DNA of 64,000 bases from Heterodontus francisci (Eukaryota): the NCBI RefSeq assembly GCF_036365525.1, contig NW_027142279.1:1-64000 (forward strand), read 5' to 3'. Below, one piece after another: positions 37,862 to 49,735 of this stretch. Under the pieces are notes generated by a model that had not been told where the DNA came from, ran no database searches, and worked only from the letters and a program-made list of their open reading frames with translations. Within the stretch, counting starts at the first letter, position 1; each line of letters opens with the position of its first letter. The position numbers and the translations under genes were made by a program.

Positions 37862-37919
37862 CCAGGACCGTTAACTTCGTGGCATCTCCAAAATATGATG
37901 GATGGTTACTTCCTGCTCC
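37862..37919 (-). pseudogene. TRBJ: J-beta 1-10 (ORF, probably non-rearranging), GAGSNHPSYFGDATKLTVL
   Basis: Heptamer cacatca(37920); nonamer removed by an 8-bp deletion relative to the paralog at 32253; FGDA motif; donor gtgagt. Confidence 0.8.
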
Positions 37920-38440
37920 CACATCACCATGTCACAACATTCCTCAATAGCGTCCTGCTAATTTGCATTGTCCCGATCATTAATATTTGATATGGGCCTT
38001 TGAGTGACACAGGCCAAAGTAAACTCATAAACTAACCAGGGTGTTTGGCAATTAAAACTATCAACATTCCCAATACTGGCTTTCCATTAATGTATGGACC
38101 AGTTAGTCAGATGTCCACAGAAACAGCTCTGACAATACTGGACAATTTTACTTGGAGTTCGTCATAATTATTAAGTAAGTTGTGCATGCAGGATGGGGAC
38201 CGAATAGTTCAGTTAGCTGGATGGCTCACGTGTGATTCAGAGCAATGTCAACAGCAGGGGTTCAGTTATCGTCTTGGTCAAACTAAAGAAATGGGAAACC
38301 GCCTTACCTACCTTTTTCCCTTGTCATTCTCATCTCTCCTGCTGGAGAAAAGGAGCAGAGATCCATGGACGGAACATCTGCATGACACAGGCAATAGGAA
38401 CCCAACCATCCTGGCTTAATCGAATAAACATCTAACTCAC

Positions 38441-38497
38441 CCAAAACTGTTAGAGTCGAGCCTTCCCCAAAATGTAGAGTCTGGATGTTCCCGCCTA
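38441..38497 (-). CDS. TRBJ: J-beta 1-9, GGNIQTLHFGEGSTLTVL
   Basis: cactata(38498)-12-accaaaaca; donor gtgagt. Confidence 0.87.
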
Positions 38498-38655
38498 CAC
38501 TATACTAAACAACAGTACCAAAACACAGCGTTGGGTAGACAGGTACAGTCTCAAACAAGTAATGTATCGATATCTAAACACATGGATGGATGCACAGATA
38601 CATGTGGAAAGATCGAACAATGGATATTTGCACATTTATGTAGATGGGATATTGC

Positions 38656-38697
38656 CTAAATCTTCGATCCAGTTCCGAGGTATTAATATCAGCAGAG
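38656..38697 (-). pseudogene. TRBJ: Pseudo J-beta 1-8 (decayed paralog of J at 33000)
   Basis: Flanks align with 33000-33100 (aaagctaa.tccctg..t.aaaacctctcacctctct). Heptamer broken, donor GC, FR4 partly deleted. Confidence 0.7.
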
Positions 38698-39299
38698 CAA
38701 AAGCTAACTCCCTGAATAAAACCTCTCACCTCTCTGTGGTTCTATCCCAAGAGAGCCTTTCACAACAATGGAGAACATACAAGTACAGGAATATTGGCTG
38801 ACTGCAGCACAGGAGCGTAAATTGACTGTTCAGCCCTTCGAGTGGGTTCCGACATGCAAAAAGAACATGTATGTTAGTATCGTCAAGGTGGATGGAAAGA
38901 AAGGTGCAGAGCTGAGTGGTTAAGTGCACAGCTCTCAATGGTGGATCGATGGAAATCGGACAGTCCAGAATTTCAGGATCACAAAGATCTCGGAGAGTTG
39001 TAGAGGCTGGAGGAGGTTACAGAGATAGGGAGTGTTGTAGAGGCTGGAGGAGGTTACAGACATAGGGAGGGTGGTAGGGGGCTGGAGGTGGTTACAGACA
39101 TAGAGAGGGTGGTAGTGGGCTGGATGAGGTTACAGGGATAGGGAGGGTTGTAGGGGGCTGGAGGAGGTTGAGGCCATTTTTATTAACTCATTCATGGGAT
39201 GTGGGCGTCACTGACAAGGCCAGCATTTGTTACCCATCCCTAGTTGCCCTTGACAACTGCGTGGCTATTTCAGAAAGCAGTTACGAGTAAAGCAAAATA

Positions 39300-39895
39300 G
39301 TTAATAGGTAGAATGAGGTAGAAGTCGTGTTTCAGCTATACAAAGCCCTGGTTACACCACATCTGGAGTTCCTCTGAGCATTTATGGGCACCAGACATTA
39401 GGAAAGATATGCTGGTCTTGGGGCAAGTGTAGTGTAGATTAAACAGACTGATACCTGGACGCCAAGGGTTAAATTGCAAGGAAAGATGACACATTTCCTA
39501 TTCTTTGGAAAAGAGAAGGTTAAAGGGTGGTTTGAGCAAAGTTTTCAAGATATTAAGGGGAATGCATGATGTAGATAGAGAGAAACGATCTCCATTAGTT
39601 GTGCAGTCTAGATCTACGGGACAGAGTTTAAGAATTAGAGCCAAAACTTTTCAGGCATGAAATTAGAAAACATCTTTTCACATAAAGGATGGTAGAAGTT
39701 TGGAACGCTCTTCTGCTGGAACAATTGTCAATTTTCAATCTCAAATTGATAGATTGTTGTTAACCACAGCTATTAAGGGATTATGGGGCAATGGGGGTAG
39801 ATAGAGTTAGGTCACAGATCAGTCATGATCGCATTGATTGGCAGAACAGACTCGAGGGGCCGAATGGCCTACTCCTGCTCCTGTGTACCAATGAT
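39300..39895 (+). mobile_element. CR1-like LINE 3' fragment
   Basis: ctatacaaagccctggttacaccacatctggagt (LYKALV.PHLE) and the gaggggccgaatggcctactcctgctcct tail. Confidence 0.75.
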
Positions 39896-40875
39896 CCTAT
39901 GTTCCTGTAACTTTTATTTAAACATAGAGTCAGCATTCTGCTTCAGTTAGAGTGTCCCAAATTCTGACAACACTGAGTGAAAAGGAATCTAGTAATTGTC
40001 CTTGTAGATCTTTTGTCAATGATTTTAAATATCTGACCTTTGTTTATTGACCCATCCACCAGTGGAAAGAATTTCCCCTTCAAGTATTTGTCCAGTCCCC
40101 CTTTTGAAAGTTACTATTGAGTCTGTTTCCACACCCTTTCAGGCAGCGCATTCCAGATAACAACACACCGCATAATTGTTTTATTCATCATATCACCCCT
40201 GTTTATTTCGTCAATTACCTTAACTCTGTGTCCTTTGCTGACCAACGAGCATTGGAAATTGTTTCTGAGCACGTACTGTGTCCAAAGCCTTCATTGCTTT
40301 GGACACCTCTGTCAAATCCCCCCTTACCTTTCTCTGCTCTAGTCTCTAGACGCAACTGAAGCCCCTCATCACTGGAACCAGTCGTAGAAATCATTCGTGC
40401 AACCGCTCGAAGGCCTTGACATCCATCCTAACATGTGACACTCACAATTCTCCAGCTGGGACCCAACCAGCGATTCATCGAGGTTCAGCTTAACTCCCTT
40501 GCTCAACTCCTCGTCAATCCTTCATCAACGAAGGTGCTTTCCAGCTTCCTAAACTCTTTATTCTAAATCTATTGATCGGCAGGTATTTGTCCCTGTACCT
40601 CACTCCTATCATCAACTCGCATTACGCCGATTTAGCCACATTAGGGACTGGATTAGGCCATTCAACCTCTGATATCACATGTCACTTATCACATGTCGAT
40701 TTCCACATGCACAATACGTCTCTAGTTTGTTTCAGGAAATATTCCATATGGGGCTCGGAAGTAATGCATGGAGTCTGAACACGAATACAAGGTGTATGTT
40801 TATATATAAGGTCCTCAGTTCCGCCCTCTGATTTCACTTTACTTTAAAGAGCTAATTCGACTCTATATCACTTAC

Positions 40876-40917
40876 CTAAAACCATGAGCTTTGAACTGCC
40901 CCCAATGTTGCCTGGAA
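40876..40917 (-). pseudogene. TRBJ: Pseudo J-beta 1-7, PGNIGGSSKLMVL (paralog of J at 31692)
   Basis: Donor gtaagt and KL.VL end present; FGXG lost; heptamer cacaact with no nonamer; downstream flank aligns with ~31320-31450. Confidence 0.65.
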
Positions 40918-41637
40918 CACAACTTGCGTTTCTTCAACTCGATACACAATAGTTAATGAACATAGTTGGAACATTTTGTATTGTGTTAAATTCATTATTC
41001 CACCCTATTGCTCTTTATCTTATATTCTGTTACAATTGATCTCCTCGTCTCTGTCTCTTTTTTATTGTTTTAAATCTAATTTCCCATCTCCCTCCAGTTC
41101 TGTCTGCTGTTTGCTCTCCATCTGGAGTTAAGAAGAATGGGAGATGGTCTTCTGGGAAACTCTAAGATTCTGAGGGCGCTTGAAAGGTTAAATGCAGAGA
41201 GGATGTTCCCCTGTAGAACTTAAGGGCGCAGTTTCAGAATGAGGGGTCGCTCATTTAGGACGGAGTGGAGGAGGAATGTCTTCGATCATGGAGTCGTGAA
41301 TCTTTGGAATTCCCTACTCCACAGCGCTGTGGAGGCTGAGTCCGTGAATGCATTCAAGACTGAGATAGAGAGCGGAGCCAAGGAATATGGAGAACAGGTA
41401 GGAAAGAGGGATCGAGGCCAACATCAGATCAGCCATGATCTCTGGTTGCAAATTCCTCTCTCACCAGCCCTCCTCCAATCTCCTACATTAAGCAATTTAC
41501 ATTCTTGCTTCTTCAATGCAATGCTTACTCTTTTGCCTGTTTTCACATTCTCTCTCCTTTCTTTAAATTGAAGAGAGTAAACTAGTCGACGTTTGCAATG
41601 CTAGTAAGAGACATATTTTGACGAACATCTCACTTAC

Positions 41638-41696
41638 CCAGGACTGTTAATTTAGAGCCATCTCCAAAATACACAAGGCTGAATACTCCCTGCTCC
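41638..41696 (-). CDS. TRBJ: J-beta 1-6, EQGVFSLVYFGDGSKLTVL
   Basis: cacatca(41697)-12-acaaaaaca; donor gtaagt. Confidence 0.87.
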
Positions 41697-42040
41697 CACA
41701 TCATCACCTCACATCACAAAAACATTCCCCAACTCTCTTCTGGAAGAAAAGAAATTCACTGCCCCATTCCTTAATATTTGATAGTGGCCTCTGGTTAACG
41801 CAAGCTAACTGTAAGTTAATGTAAACTCGTGGACTAACCAGGCAGTTTGCAGTTATAACTCTCAGAATTCCCAAGACTGTCTGCCCCGTCTAAATGTGGA
41901 CCTGTTAGTCAGTTATCCACCGTGGCAGTCCTGACAATAGGAGATTTTCTCTAAGTCCCTCCCAATTATTCATTCAATCCTTCTTGCAAGATGTTTACAG
42001 GTGACCCTTGCTTCATTGAAAACAAAGAAACTGAACTCAC

Positions 42041-42097
42041 CCAAAATCGTCAACGTGGACCCGTCCCCAAAATGTAGCAGGTTGGTATACCCGCCCG
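42041..42097 (-). CDS. TRBJ: J-beta 1-5, GGYTNLLHFGDGSTLTIL
   Basis: cactgaa(42098)-12-accaaaata (weak RSS); donor gtgagt. Confidence 0.85.
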
Positions 42098-42308
42098 CAC
42101 TGAACTAAACAACAATACCAAAATACAACGATGGGTAGACAGATCTATGGACAGACAAATAGATAAGTAGATGGACAAACAGACAGACAGATGGATCCAC
42201 AGACCAACAAATAGATAGGTACATTGATAGATAAAGAAATAGAAAGACTTACAGATGAAAATAGATGTTTACATATATAAATATCTACATGTGCAAACAT
42301 AATCTTAC

Positions 42309-42358
42309 CTAAAACAGTGAGTTTCGTCCCATCTCCGAAATAATAAATCTCACCAGAG
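42309..42358 (-). CDS. TRBJ: J-beta 1-4, SGEIYYFGDGTKLTVL
   Basis: cacaatg(42359)-12-attaaaaca; donor gtaaga. Confidence 0.93.
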
Positions 42359-43869
42359 CACAATGATAAACTCATGTATTAAAACATCTCCTGTCTTTGA
42401 GTCCTTTTCCGAAGGAGCCCCTCATAATAAGGGAGAACCGACAAGTATAAGGAAATTTTGTCCAAAGGAACATAGCAACTGGGGAACAGGAGTCGACCAT
42501 TCAGCCCTTCGTGCTTATTCCGACATTTAATTAGATTATAAATCATTTGTACCTTAACCCCATCGACCTGCCTTCTTGGTTCCATAACCTTTAGCATCTT
42601 TGCCGATCAAAAAATAATCAACCACACATTTGAAATTTTCAATTGACCCCCTCAGATTTCTGTGGGAGAGATTTCTGGATTCCACGGGGCATTTTGTAAA
42701 CAAGTCCTTCTTGACATCACTCCTGAATGGTCTAGCTATCAGTGTAAGGTTTTGCTCTCTTGTTCTGGACCCGTCACACCAGAGGAAATATCAGATCCTA
42801 TCATTATCTTAAACACATCAATTGGATCACTCCTGAATCTCCAATTCTCAATTTACTGCAACCCTACTTTAAACAACACATCGTCATAAATTAAATTCTT
42901 TTAATTCCGGTATTATCCTGGTGAATGAGGAAAGGTCATGGGGCCCTTGACACCTCATTGTCCACTGGATATGGATAGCTCACCAGTTCGATTAGTAACT
43001 TGAAAATAGTGTGTCTCAAAACAGTTTCATCCATTGCTGCTCGAGGCCAAGAGGGAATATATAGAATTACATAGAATTTACAACACACAAACAGGCCATT
43101 CAGCCCATCTGCTCCATACCAGTGTTTACACTCCACTTGAGACTCCTCTCATCCCCTTCATTTAATCCATTTTTTTTTTTATCCAAACTACTTTTTTAAA
43201 CCCACTCCTTGTGGTAGTGAGTTTCACATTCGCACCACTGTCTGGGTAAAGAAATTTCTCCTGAATTCCCCATTGAATTTATTACTGACTATCTGACATT
43301 TATGATCCCCCCGTTCTGGTCTCCCCACAAGTGGAAAAAACTTCGGTGTGTCTACCCTATCGAAACCGCTTTCAAAATCGTGCAGACCTCGACCAGGTCA
43401 CCCCTCAAACTTCACTGCTCTCGAGAAAGGAGTTCCAGTCTGTCCGACCTTCCCCAATAGATACAACGTCCCAGTTTGGGCAGCACAGTTGTTAATCTGT
43501 TCTGATTTACCTTATCCAGAGCCTCTACATCATTTATTTTATAATATGCAGACCAGAACTGCATACTGAACGATGCAATCTGACATTTTTCGTTCTATGT
43601 CTGTGTCCTCTTGTTTTGCTCTCACAAGCGCAATCATTCTATTTGTATCTACATTACTGTTTGTTCTGTTTATTTTAGCGACCCTCCCTTATGTATCTAC
43701 TCAAAACCCTTCCCGACAGTGAAACGAATTCGGCAGTTGTAGGTCTCCCCTTGTAAGCTGAAGAATTGAAATTAATTCACCAAATTTCTACATTTTCACC
43801 CCCTCGACCACCCCACGTGAATTCCCAAATTGAATCAACTTTTCCAGTGTTAGGAATGCATTCACTCAC

Positions 43870-43919
43870 CTAAAACCACCAGTTTGGTCCCATCTCCGAA
43901 ATATGCTTCGTAATTGGAG
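43870..43919 (-). CDS. TRBJ: J-beta 1-3, SNYEAYFGDGTKLVVL
   Basis: cacactg(43920)-12-cacaaaatc; donor gtgagt. Confidence 0.93.
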
Positions 43920-44533
43920 CACACTGGTATGGGGCTGTCACAAAATCCCCTTCAATCCCTCTCGACTGTTAAGTCTGTTCCATTGAAGTTCCTATTATGT
44001 CAATGACCGTAAAGGTCGGTGGAACATGGGGACAGAAGGTGACCGTTCAGCCCTTCGATCAGTTCGATCAAGGTTGATCTGAATCTTAACTCCATCAATC
44101 CGCCTTGGTTCTGTAACCCTCAATACTTTTGTTTTACACAGCTCTATCAATCTTGGATTTGTATTTATCAATTGACCCTCAGTCTCAACTGATTGTTTTT
44201 TATGGGGTCGGGGTGGAATCCATCATTTCCACTAACCTTTGCATGAAGAAGTGCTTCCTGATATCATCCCTGAATGGCAATAATTTAAACTGTTCTGCAC
44301 TCCCCCCAACCTGAGGAAGCAGTTTCTCTCTCTATCGATCCAACACCTCAAACCCCTCCATGATATCAGCCCTTAAAATTCTATATTCGAGGGACTGTCA
44401 GCTTCGTCTGAGTAACCAGTCCTCATGAGTTAACCCTTTAATGTATCTAATATCTGAACATTACTCCTGGTGATTTTTTAACTGGACATAGATTCTGATC
44501 GATTGGAGGAACATAAATACATAGTCGCCTTAC

Positions 44534-44581
44534 CCAACACTGTCAACTTGGTCCCATCGCCGAAGTAAGCTATCTCTGCTG
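44534..44581 (-). CDS. TRBJ: J-beta 1-2, AEIAYFGDGTKLTVL
   Basis: cacgatg(44582)-12-tcatgaaca; donor gtaagg. Confidence 0.9.
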
Positions 44582-44823
44582 CACGATGCTCTAAACTCAG
44601 TCATGAACAGACCCGGGAGATGTTCCCCTTGTAACTGAACGAGACAGGACGGGGTGGTTTACAGACGAGGGTCATATTGGACTGGTCTTTGCAAACCAGA
44701 AAGAAGGGCCAGTGTCATCAGCCTGACTTTTTAAACCGCCCGCGGAGGGTTGGGGGGGAACAAGCTTGGAATGCAAACAGCTGGACATGAAGGGAGTGGG
44801 AAAAAATCGTCCCTTTTTCTTAC

Positions 44824-44874
44824 CTAACACCGTCAGTTTGGTGCCGGTCCCGAAGTTGAGTGGTGCGTTGTTAG
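44824..44874 (-). CDS. TRBJ: J-beta 1-1, NNAPLNFGTGTKLTVL
   Basis: cacgtca(44875)-12-acatcaacc; donor gtaaga. Confidence 0.9.
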
Positions 44875-45399
44875 CACGTCAGCAGATCTCGTTACATCAA
44901 CCCGGTCGGAAACTGATTGCTAAAACTGACCTGCTCAGCATTTCGGAAGCACTGGTCAAGATTATCAGGACGTACAAAGCAGCTTACAGCCAATGAAGCA
45001 GTTTGTTTATGAAGTGGTCACCACAGGGAGAAACAGCAACTGATATTGTACCAAGAAAGTCCCATCAAACAATAGTGAGATTAATGAGCAGATCATTGTT
45101 TGTGATGTTGGTTGAGGGATCAATATTGGTCCCTGGACACCAGGGTGGGGTTTAAAGGTTAAAGAGTAACCAGTTTCCACACAAATGACACACAGTTATT
45201 CTCTTTTCCAGAGGAATATTCTAACTTATAAGGCTGGACCATTCTGAGACATCTTTATGATGAAAAGGGCCCAGTTCCCGCCATAATCCTGGGCCATGTT
45301 GACTCGTTCACTCTGTTGTCACTGCTCTTCTGCTGATCCTCCACCAGGTGTGTAGAGCGAGGTTTTTGTACGGAGGTTGCATTGGATTTTATCACCGTG

Positions 45400-45412
45400 T
45401 CCCTGTTGTCCC
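45400..45412 (-). CDS. TRBD: D-beta 1, GGGACAACAGGGA
   Basis: 5' 12-RSS (45413-45440: cacagtg-12-acaaaaaag) and 3' 23-RSS (45361-45399, perfect nonamer); flanks nearly identical to D2. Confidence 0.97.
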
Positions 45413-45554
45413 CACAGTGATAGACACTCATACAAAAAAGAGGAACGCGAAATTTACAAGTCCCCGCCGCTTAAACGGCTCCCGAGGCTTTCACCTGGTG
45501 ACGGCAGTTGAGATTGAGGTGCTGAAATTTAGTTAGAGCTACGGAGCACAATTA

Positions 45555-46267
45555 GAGGCCATTCAGCCCCTCTCAAACCTGATTCTCTGGAACAGGAGGT
45601 GGACATTCAGCCCCTCTACAGTCTGTTACACGGGAACAGGAGGTGGACATTCAGCCCCTCTCCAGTCTGTTACACAGGAACAGGAGGAGGATATTCAGCC
45701 CCTGTCCAGTCTGTTACACGGGAACAGGAGGAGGACATTCAGCCCCTCTCCAGTCTTTTACTCAGAAACAGGAGGAGGACATTCAGCCCCTCTCCAGTCT
45801 GTTACACAGGAACAGGAGGAGGACATTCAGCCCCCCTCGAACCTGTTACACAGGGACAGGAGGAGGACATTCAGCCCCTCTCCAGTCTGTTGCACAGGAA
45901 CAGGAGGAGGACATTCCGCCCCTCTCGAGCCTGTTACACAGGAACAGTAGGAGGACATTCAGCCCCTCTCCAGTCTGTAACACAGGAACAGGAGGAGGAC
46001 ATTCAGGCCCTCTCCAGTCTGTTACACAGGGACAGGAGGAGGGCATTCAACCCCTCTAGAGCTTGTTACACAGAAACAGGAGGAGGACATTTTGCCCCTC
46101 TAGAACATGTTACGCAGAAACAGGTGGAGGACATTCATCCCCTTCTCAAATCTGTTACACAAGAACAGGAGGAGGACATTCAGCCCCTCTGGAGCATGTT
46201 ACACAGAAACAGGAGGAGGCCTTCAGCCCCTCTTGAACCTGTTACACCGGAACAGGAGGAGGCCATT
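45555..46267 (+). repeat. Minisatellite, ~41-44 bp unit (gttacacaggaacaggaggaggacattcagcccctctccagtct)
   Basis: About 16 visible tandem copies followed by an N run; about 4 degenerate copies at the paralogous position 36400-36560. Confidence 0.95.
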
Positions 46268-47039
46268 NNNNNNNNNNNNNNNNNNNNNNNNNNNNNNNNN
46301 NNNNNNNNNNNNNNNNNNNNNNNNNNNNNNNNNNNNNNNNNNNNNNNNNNNNNNNNNNNNNNNNNNNNNNNNNNNNNNNNNNNNNNNNNNNNNNNNNNNN
46401 NNNNNNNNNNNNNNNNNNNNNNNNNNNNNNNNNNNNNNNNNNNNNNNNNNCTTCCCTCTGTTGCACCCCTTATCCCAATCCTTGTCTCCGTTCCTTACGC
46501 TTTTCTTTACCTGCATTGTCCCTCTACAACCTGCAGGATCTCAGGAAGCACCGGCTACGGGTCCACAAACAGAACGCACTTAATGTATATAGTAAATCGT
46601 GCACACTGCAATCTCTTCACCTATCACTCAGAGAGTCCCAGGTCTGCCAAACCAGGGGTGTGCAAGTTCCCAGGTGTTCTGTTGCGGTGCTGTTATCATT
46701 TCAGCTGATCTGTCTGCACACCAACACCCAACGCCCATGCACCTGGTCCTCAACTCTAACATTAAGGGTTTTACTCTTTTGTTCGGTTCTTATGCTGCTT
46801 GCTCTTCAGATGAAGGTAACGCGAGGTTCTGGGTTGAAGAGGTTCAACAAATTTCTAACAATAAAGGCGGACGTTGAATGAAGGATTGGGATATGGACAC
46901 AAAACATTTTCAAAGAAAGGCGATTATGGAGTCATCAAAGTAAGTACATTTCCCTTTGTCCTTTTGCAAACATGGTACAAAGTAGGAATCCATTGCTGCT
47001 TCTAAATGTTCCCTGGACATTATAGAGCGATGAGAAGTC

Positions 47040-47575
47040 ATGTTAAGCTTGTATAGAATCTAGCTTGACCACAGTTAGAACACTTTTCCCAGTTCTGGTA
47101 TTCATTTTAAAGAGCTATAGAGATACAGGAGAAAGGGCAAAAAAATAATGACAAGGATGATATCAGAACTGAGAGGTTATAATTATCAGGAAGGGCTGAA
47201 AAGAGAAGGCTGAGGGGGTGATCTGATGGAGGGATTTAAGATTATGAAAGAGTTTTTGATAAGGTAGACGTGCAAAAGATGTCTTCACTTGTGGGGGAGT
47301 CAGGAACTCCGAACCATCAATAGAAAGATAGTCACTAATAAATAAAATCGGGAATTCAGGAGAAACTTCTTTACCCAGAGAGTGGGAGGATGTAGGGAGT
47401 GGGATAAGGCGAATAGCGGAGATGTATTCAAGAGGGAATTTGGATAAACAAATGGGGGTGGGGGAGATTTGGAAGGATCTACTGATGGGGTGAGATGAAG
47501 ACGGGAGCGAGGAAGCTCGTGTGGAGGATGAACACCAGCATGAATGTGTTGGGCCGAATGGCCTGTTTCTTTGCG
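47040..47575 (+). mobile_element. CR1-like LINE 3' fragment
   Basis: gagaaggctgagggggtgatctgat, gaattcaggagaaacttctttacccagagagtg and the tail. Confidence 0.7.
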
Positions 47576-47659
47576 ATTTGCCTCAGGACACAGTCCAAGG
47601 GATAAAGTGTGTCTCACCTGAGAAGGCAGACCAGCTGCTGGTTTAAAATCTCAGGTGCA

Positions 47660-48406
47660 AATTCAGCACTCCCTTTGTACTGACCCTCTGAGAGTGCAGC
47701 ACTCCCACAGTACTGACCCTCGGACAGTGCAGCACTTCCTCAGTACTGACCCTCTGACAGTGCAGCACTCCCTCAGTACTGACCCTCTGACAGTGCAGCA
47801 CTCCCTCAGTACTGACCCTCTGACAGTGCAGCACTCCCTCAGTTCGGACACTCAGACAGTGCAGCACTCCCTCAGTACTGACCCACTGACAGTGCAGCAC
47901 TCCCTCAGTACTGACCATCTGAGAGTGCAGCACTACCTCAGTACTGCCCCTCTGACAGTGCAACACTCTCTCAGTACTGACACTCTGACAGTGCAGCACT
48001 CCCTCAGTACTGACACTCTGACAGAGCAGCACTCCCTCAGTACTGACCCTCTGACAGTGCTGCAATCCCTCAGTACAGACACTCTGACATGCAGCACTCC
48101 CTCAGTACAGACACTCTGCCAGTGCAGTGCTCCCTCAGTACTGACCCTCTGACAGTGCAGCATTACCTCAGTACTAACCCTCTGACAGTGCAGCACTCCC
48201 TCAGTACTGACACTCTGACATGCAGCACTCCCTCAGTACTGACCCTCGGGCAGTGCAGCACTCCCTCAGTGCTGACCATCTGATGGTGCGGCACTCCCTC
48301 AGTACTGACACTCCAACAGTGCAGCACTCCCTCAGTACTGACCCTCTGACAGTGCAGCACTCCCTCAGTACTGTCCCTCCAACAATGCAGCACTCCCTCA
48401 GTACTG
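47660..48406 (+). repeat. Minisatellite, 33 bp unit (gtgcagcactccctcagtactgaccctctgaca)
   Basis: About 22 tandem copies giving 11-aa repeat ORFs; the unit resembles the DeuSINE-type cagtgcagcactccctcagtactg motif. Confidence 0.95.
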
Positions 48407-48439
48407 AATTAACGAAATTGGCTGCATTGGCGATCGATG

Positions 48440-48455
48440 GGCGGTAGGTGGCGCT
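48440..48455 (+). promoter_or_regulatory. CTCF-like motif in V-D interval
   Basis: GGCGGTAGGTGGCGCT. Confidence 0.4.
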
Positions 48456-49735
48456 ATTGCTCCGCTAATCCTGATCGCTTCTTCATTTCACAGCCGCTCC
48501 TTCCTCTGACAGCGACCTCAGGTCTGCCATTCCCTCCCAAAGCCCCTCCACATCTCTCTCCTCCAAATCTTCCCAGCTTTGGCCCACACCTCCTAACAAT
48601 TTCTGCTGTAACTCTGTGTCAAATAGTTGGCAGATTTACGCTATTCGGGCCGTTTATCTCGGGACGGTGAAGTCGCTATATAAATGCAAACTGCAGCTGT
48701 TTAATTACACGCTCGTGCTGACCTGTGAACAGGAGGTTTGGGACTTGGAACATGTCTTCCAGAAACGGACTCTGTCGGCAGTTTCGCTTGACGTTTCTTC
48801 CACGGGGGGAGACGAATTAAACTCTGCATTCACAGAAAATTTGATTCGAATTTGTCACGACCGGGATTTCGCGTCCTGTTGCTATAGTTTTCAGCACTTG
48901 TATCTTGTCGCTTGATGTAACGTCCTCTTAAAATCTATCACCATCCTCCTCACGGTTCACAAAACTGCAAAGTTTGAAATTGTGCCCTGCACACCCAAGT
49001 CTAGGTTATTAATATCAATCAAGACAAGCAGTGGTCCCTGGAGAACCCCACTATATACCTTCCTTCAGACTGAACACCAACTGTTTACCACTACTCTGTT
49101 CCATGTTGCTTTGTATCCATGTTGCTAATGCCCCTTTTATTGCATGGGCTTTATCTTTGCTGACAAGCCTGTTATGTAGTACTTTATCAAACGCTTTTTT
49201 TGAAGTTCATGTACACCACATCAACCGCATTACCCTCATTAACCCTCTCTGTTACCTCATCAAAAAATGTGTATCCGACTCTTGGTTTCCTGATTAGTCT
49301 ACAGAGTGCTGGTTGTTTCAAAAGGCCATGCAGTATTCATCATCTCTACAGATGGGAGAACCTCAAAGCATCTTGTATGACTGACCACTTCCTCTGATGT
49401 GTCTTTATATATCAGACGTGGTTTAGTGGGGAGCACCTCGGCACTGAGTCAGAGGTTTGTGGGTTTAAGTCCCCGGACCGAGATTTAAGCATAAAATCGA
49501 GGCTGACACCCCCAGTGCAGGACAGAGGAAGTGCTGCACCGTGTGGAGGTGTAGCACCGAGGTACTCTCTTTATTTTGGCTGAGATGTTAAAACGAGGTC
49601 CCGACTGCAGATGGGAAGGATCTCATAGCCACTATTTCGGAGAATAACAGGGGCATTCTCGAGGGTTATCTGGGGCGATAGACATCCCTGAACCAACTTT
49701 ACTAAAACAGATTATCTGGTCATTCTCAGTTTCCA

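Noticed and set aside
45599-48447. 369-aa and 11-aa-periodic ORFs; possible CRISPR-like arrays
   Set aside because: Head-to-tail minisatellites with no unique spacers, in vertebrate DNA. The GACAGTG in the 33-mer lacks the CAC needed for an RSS heptamer.
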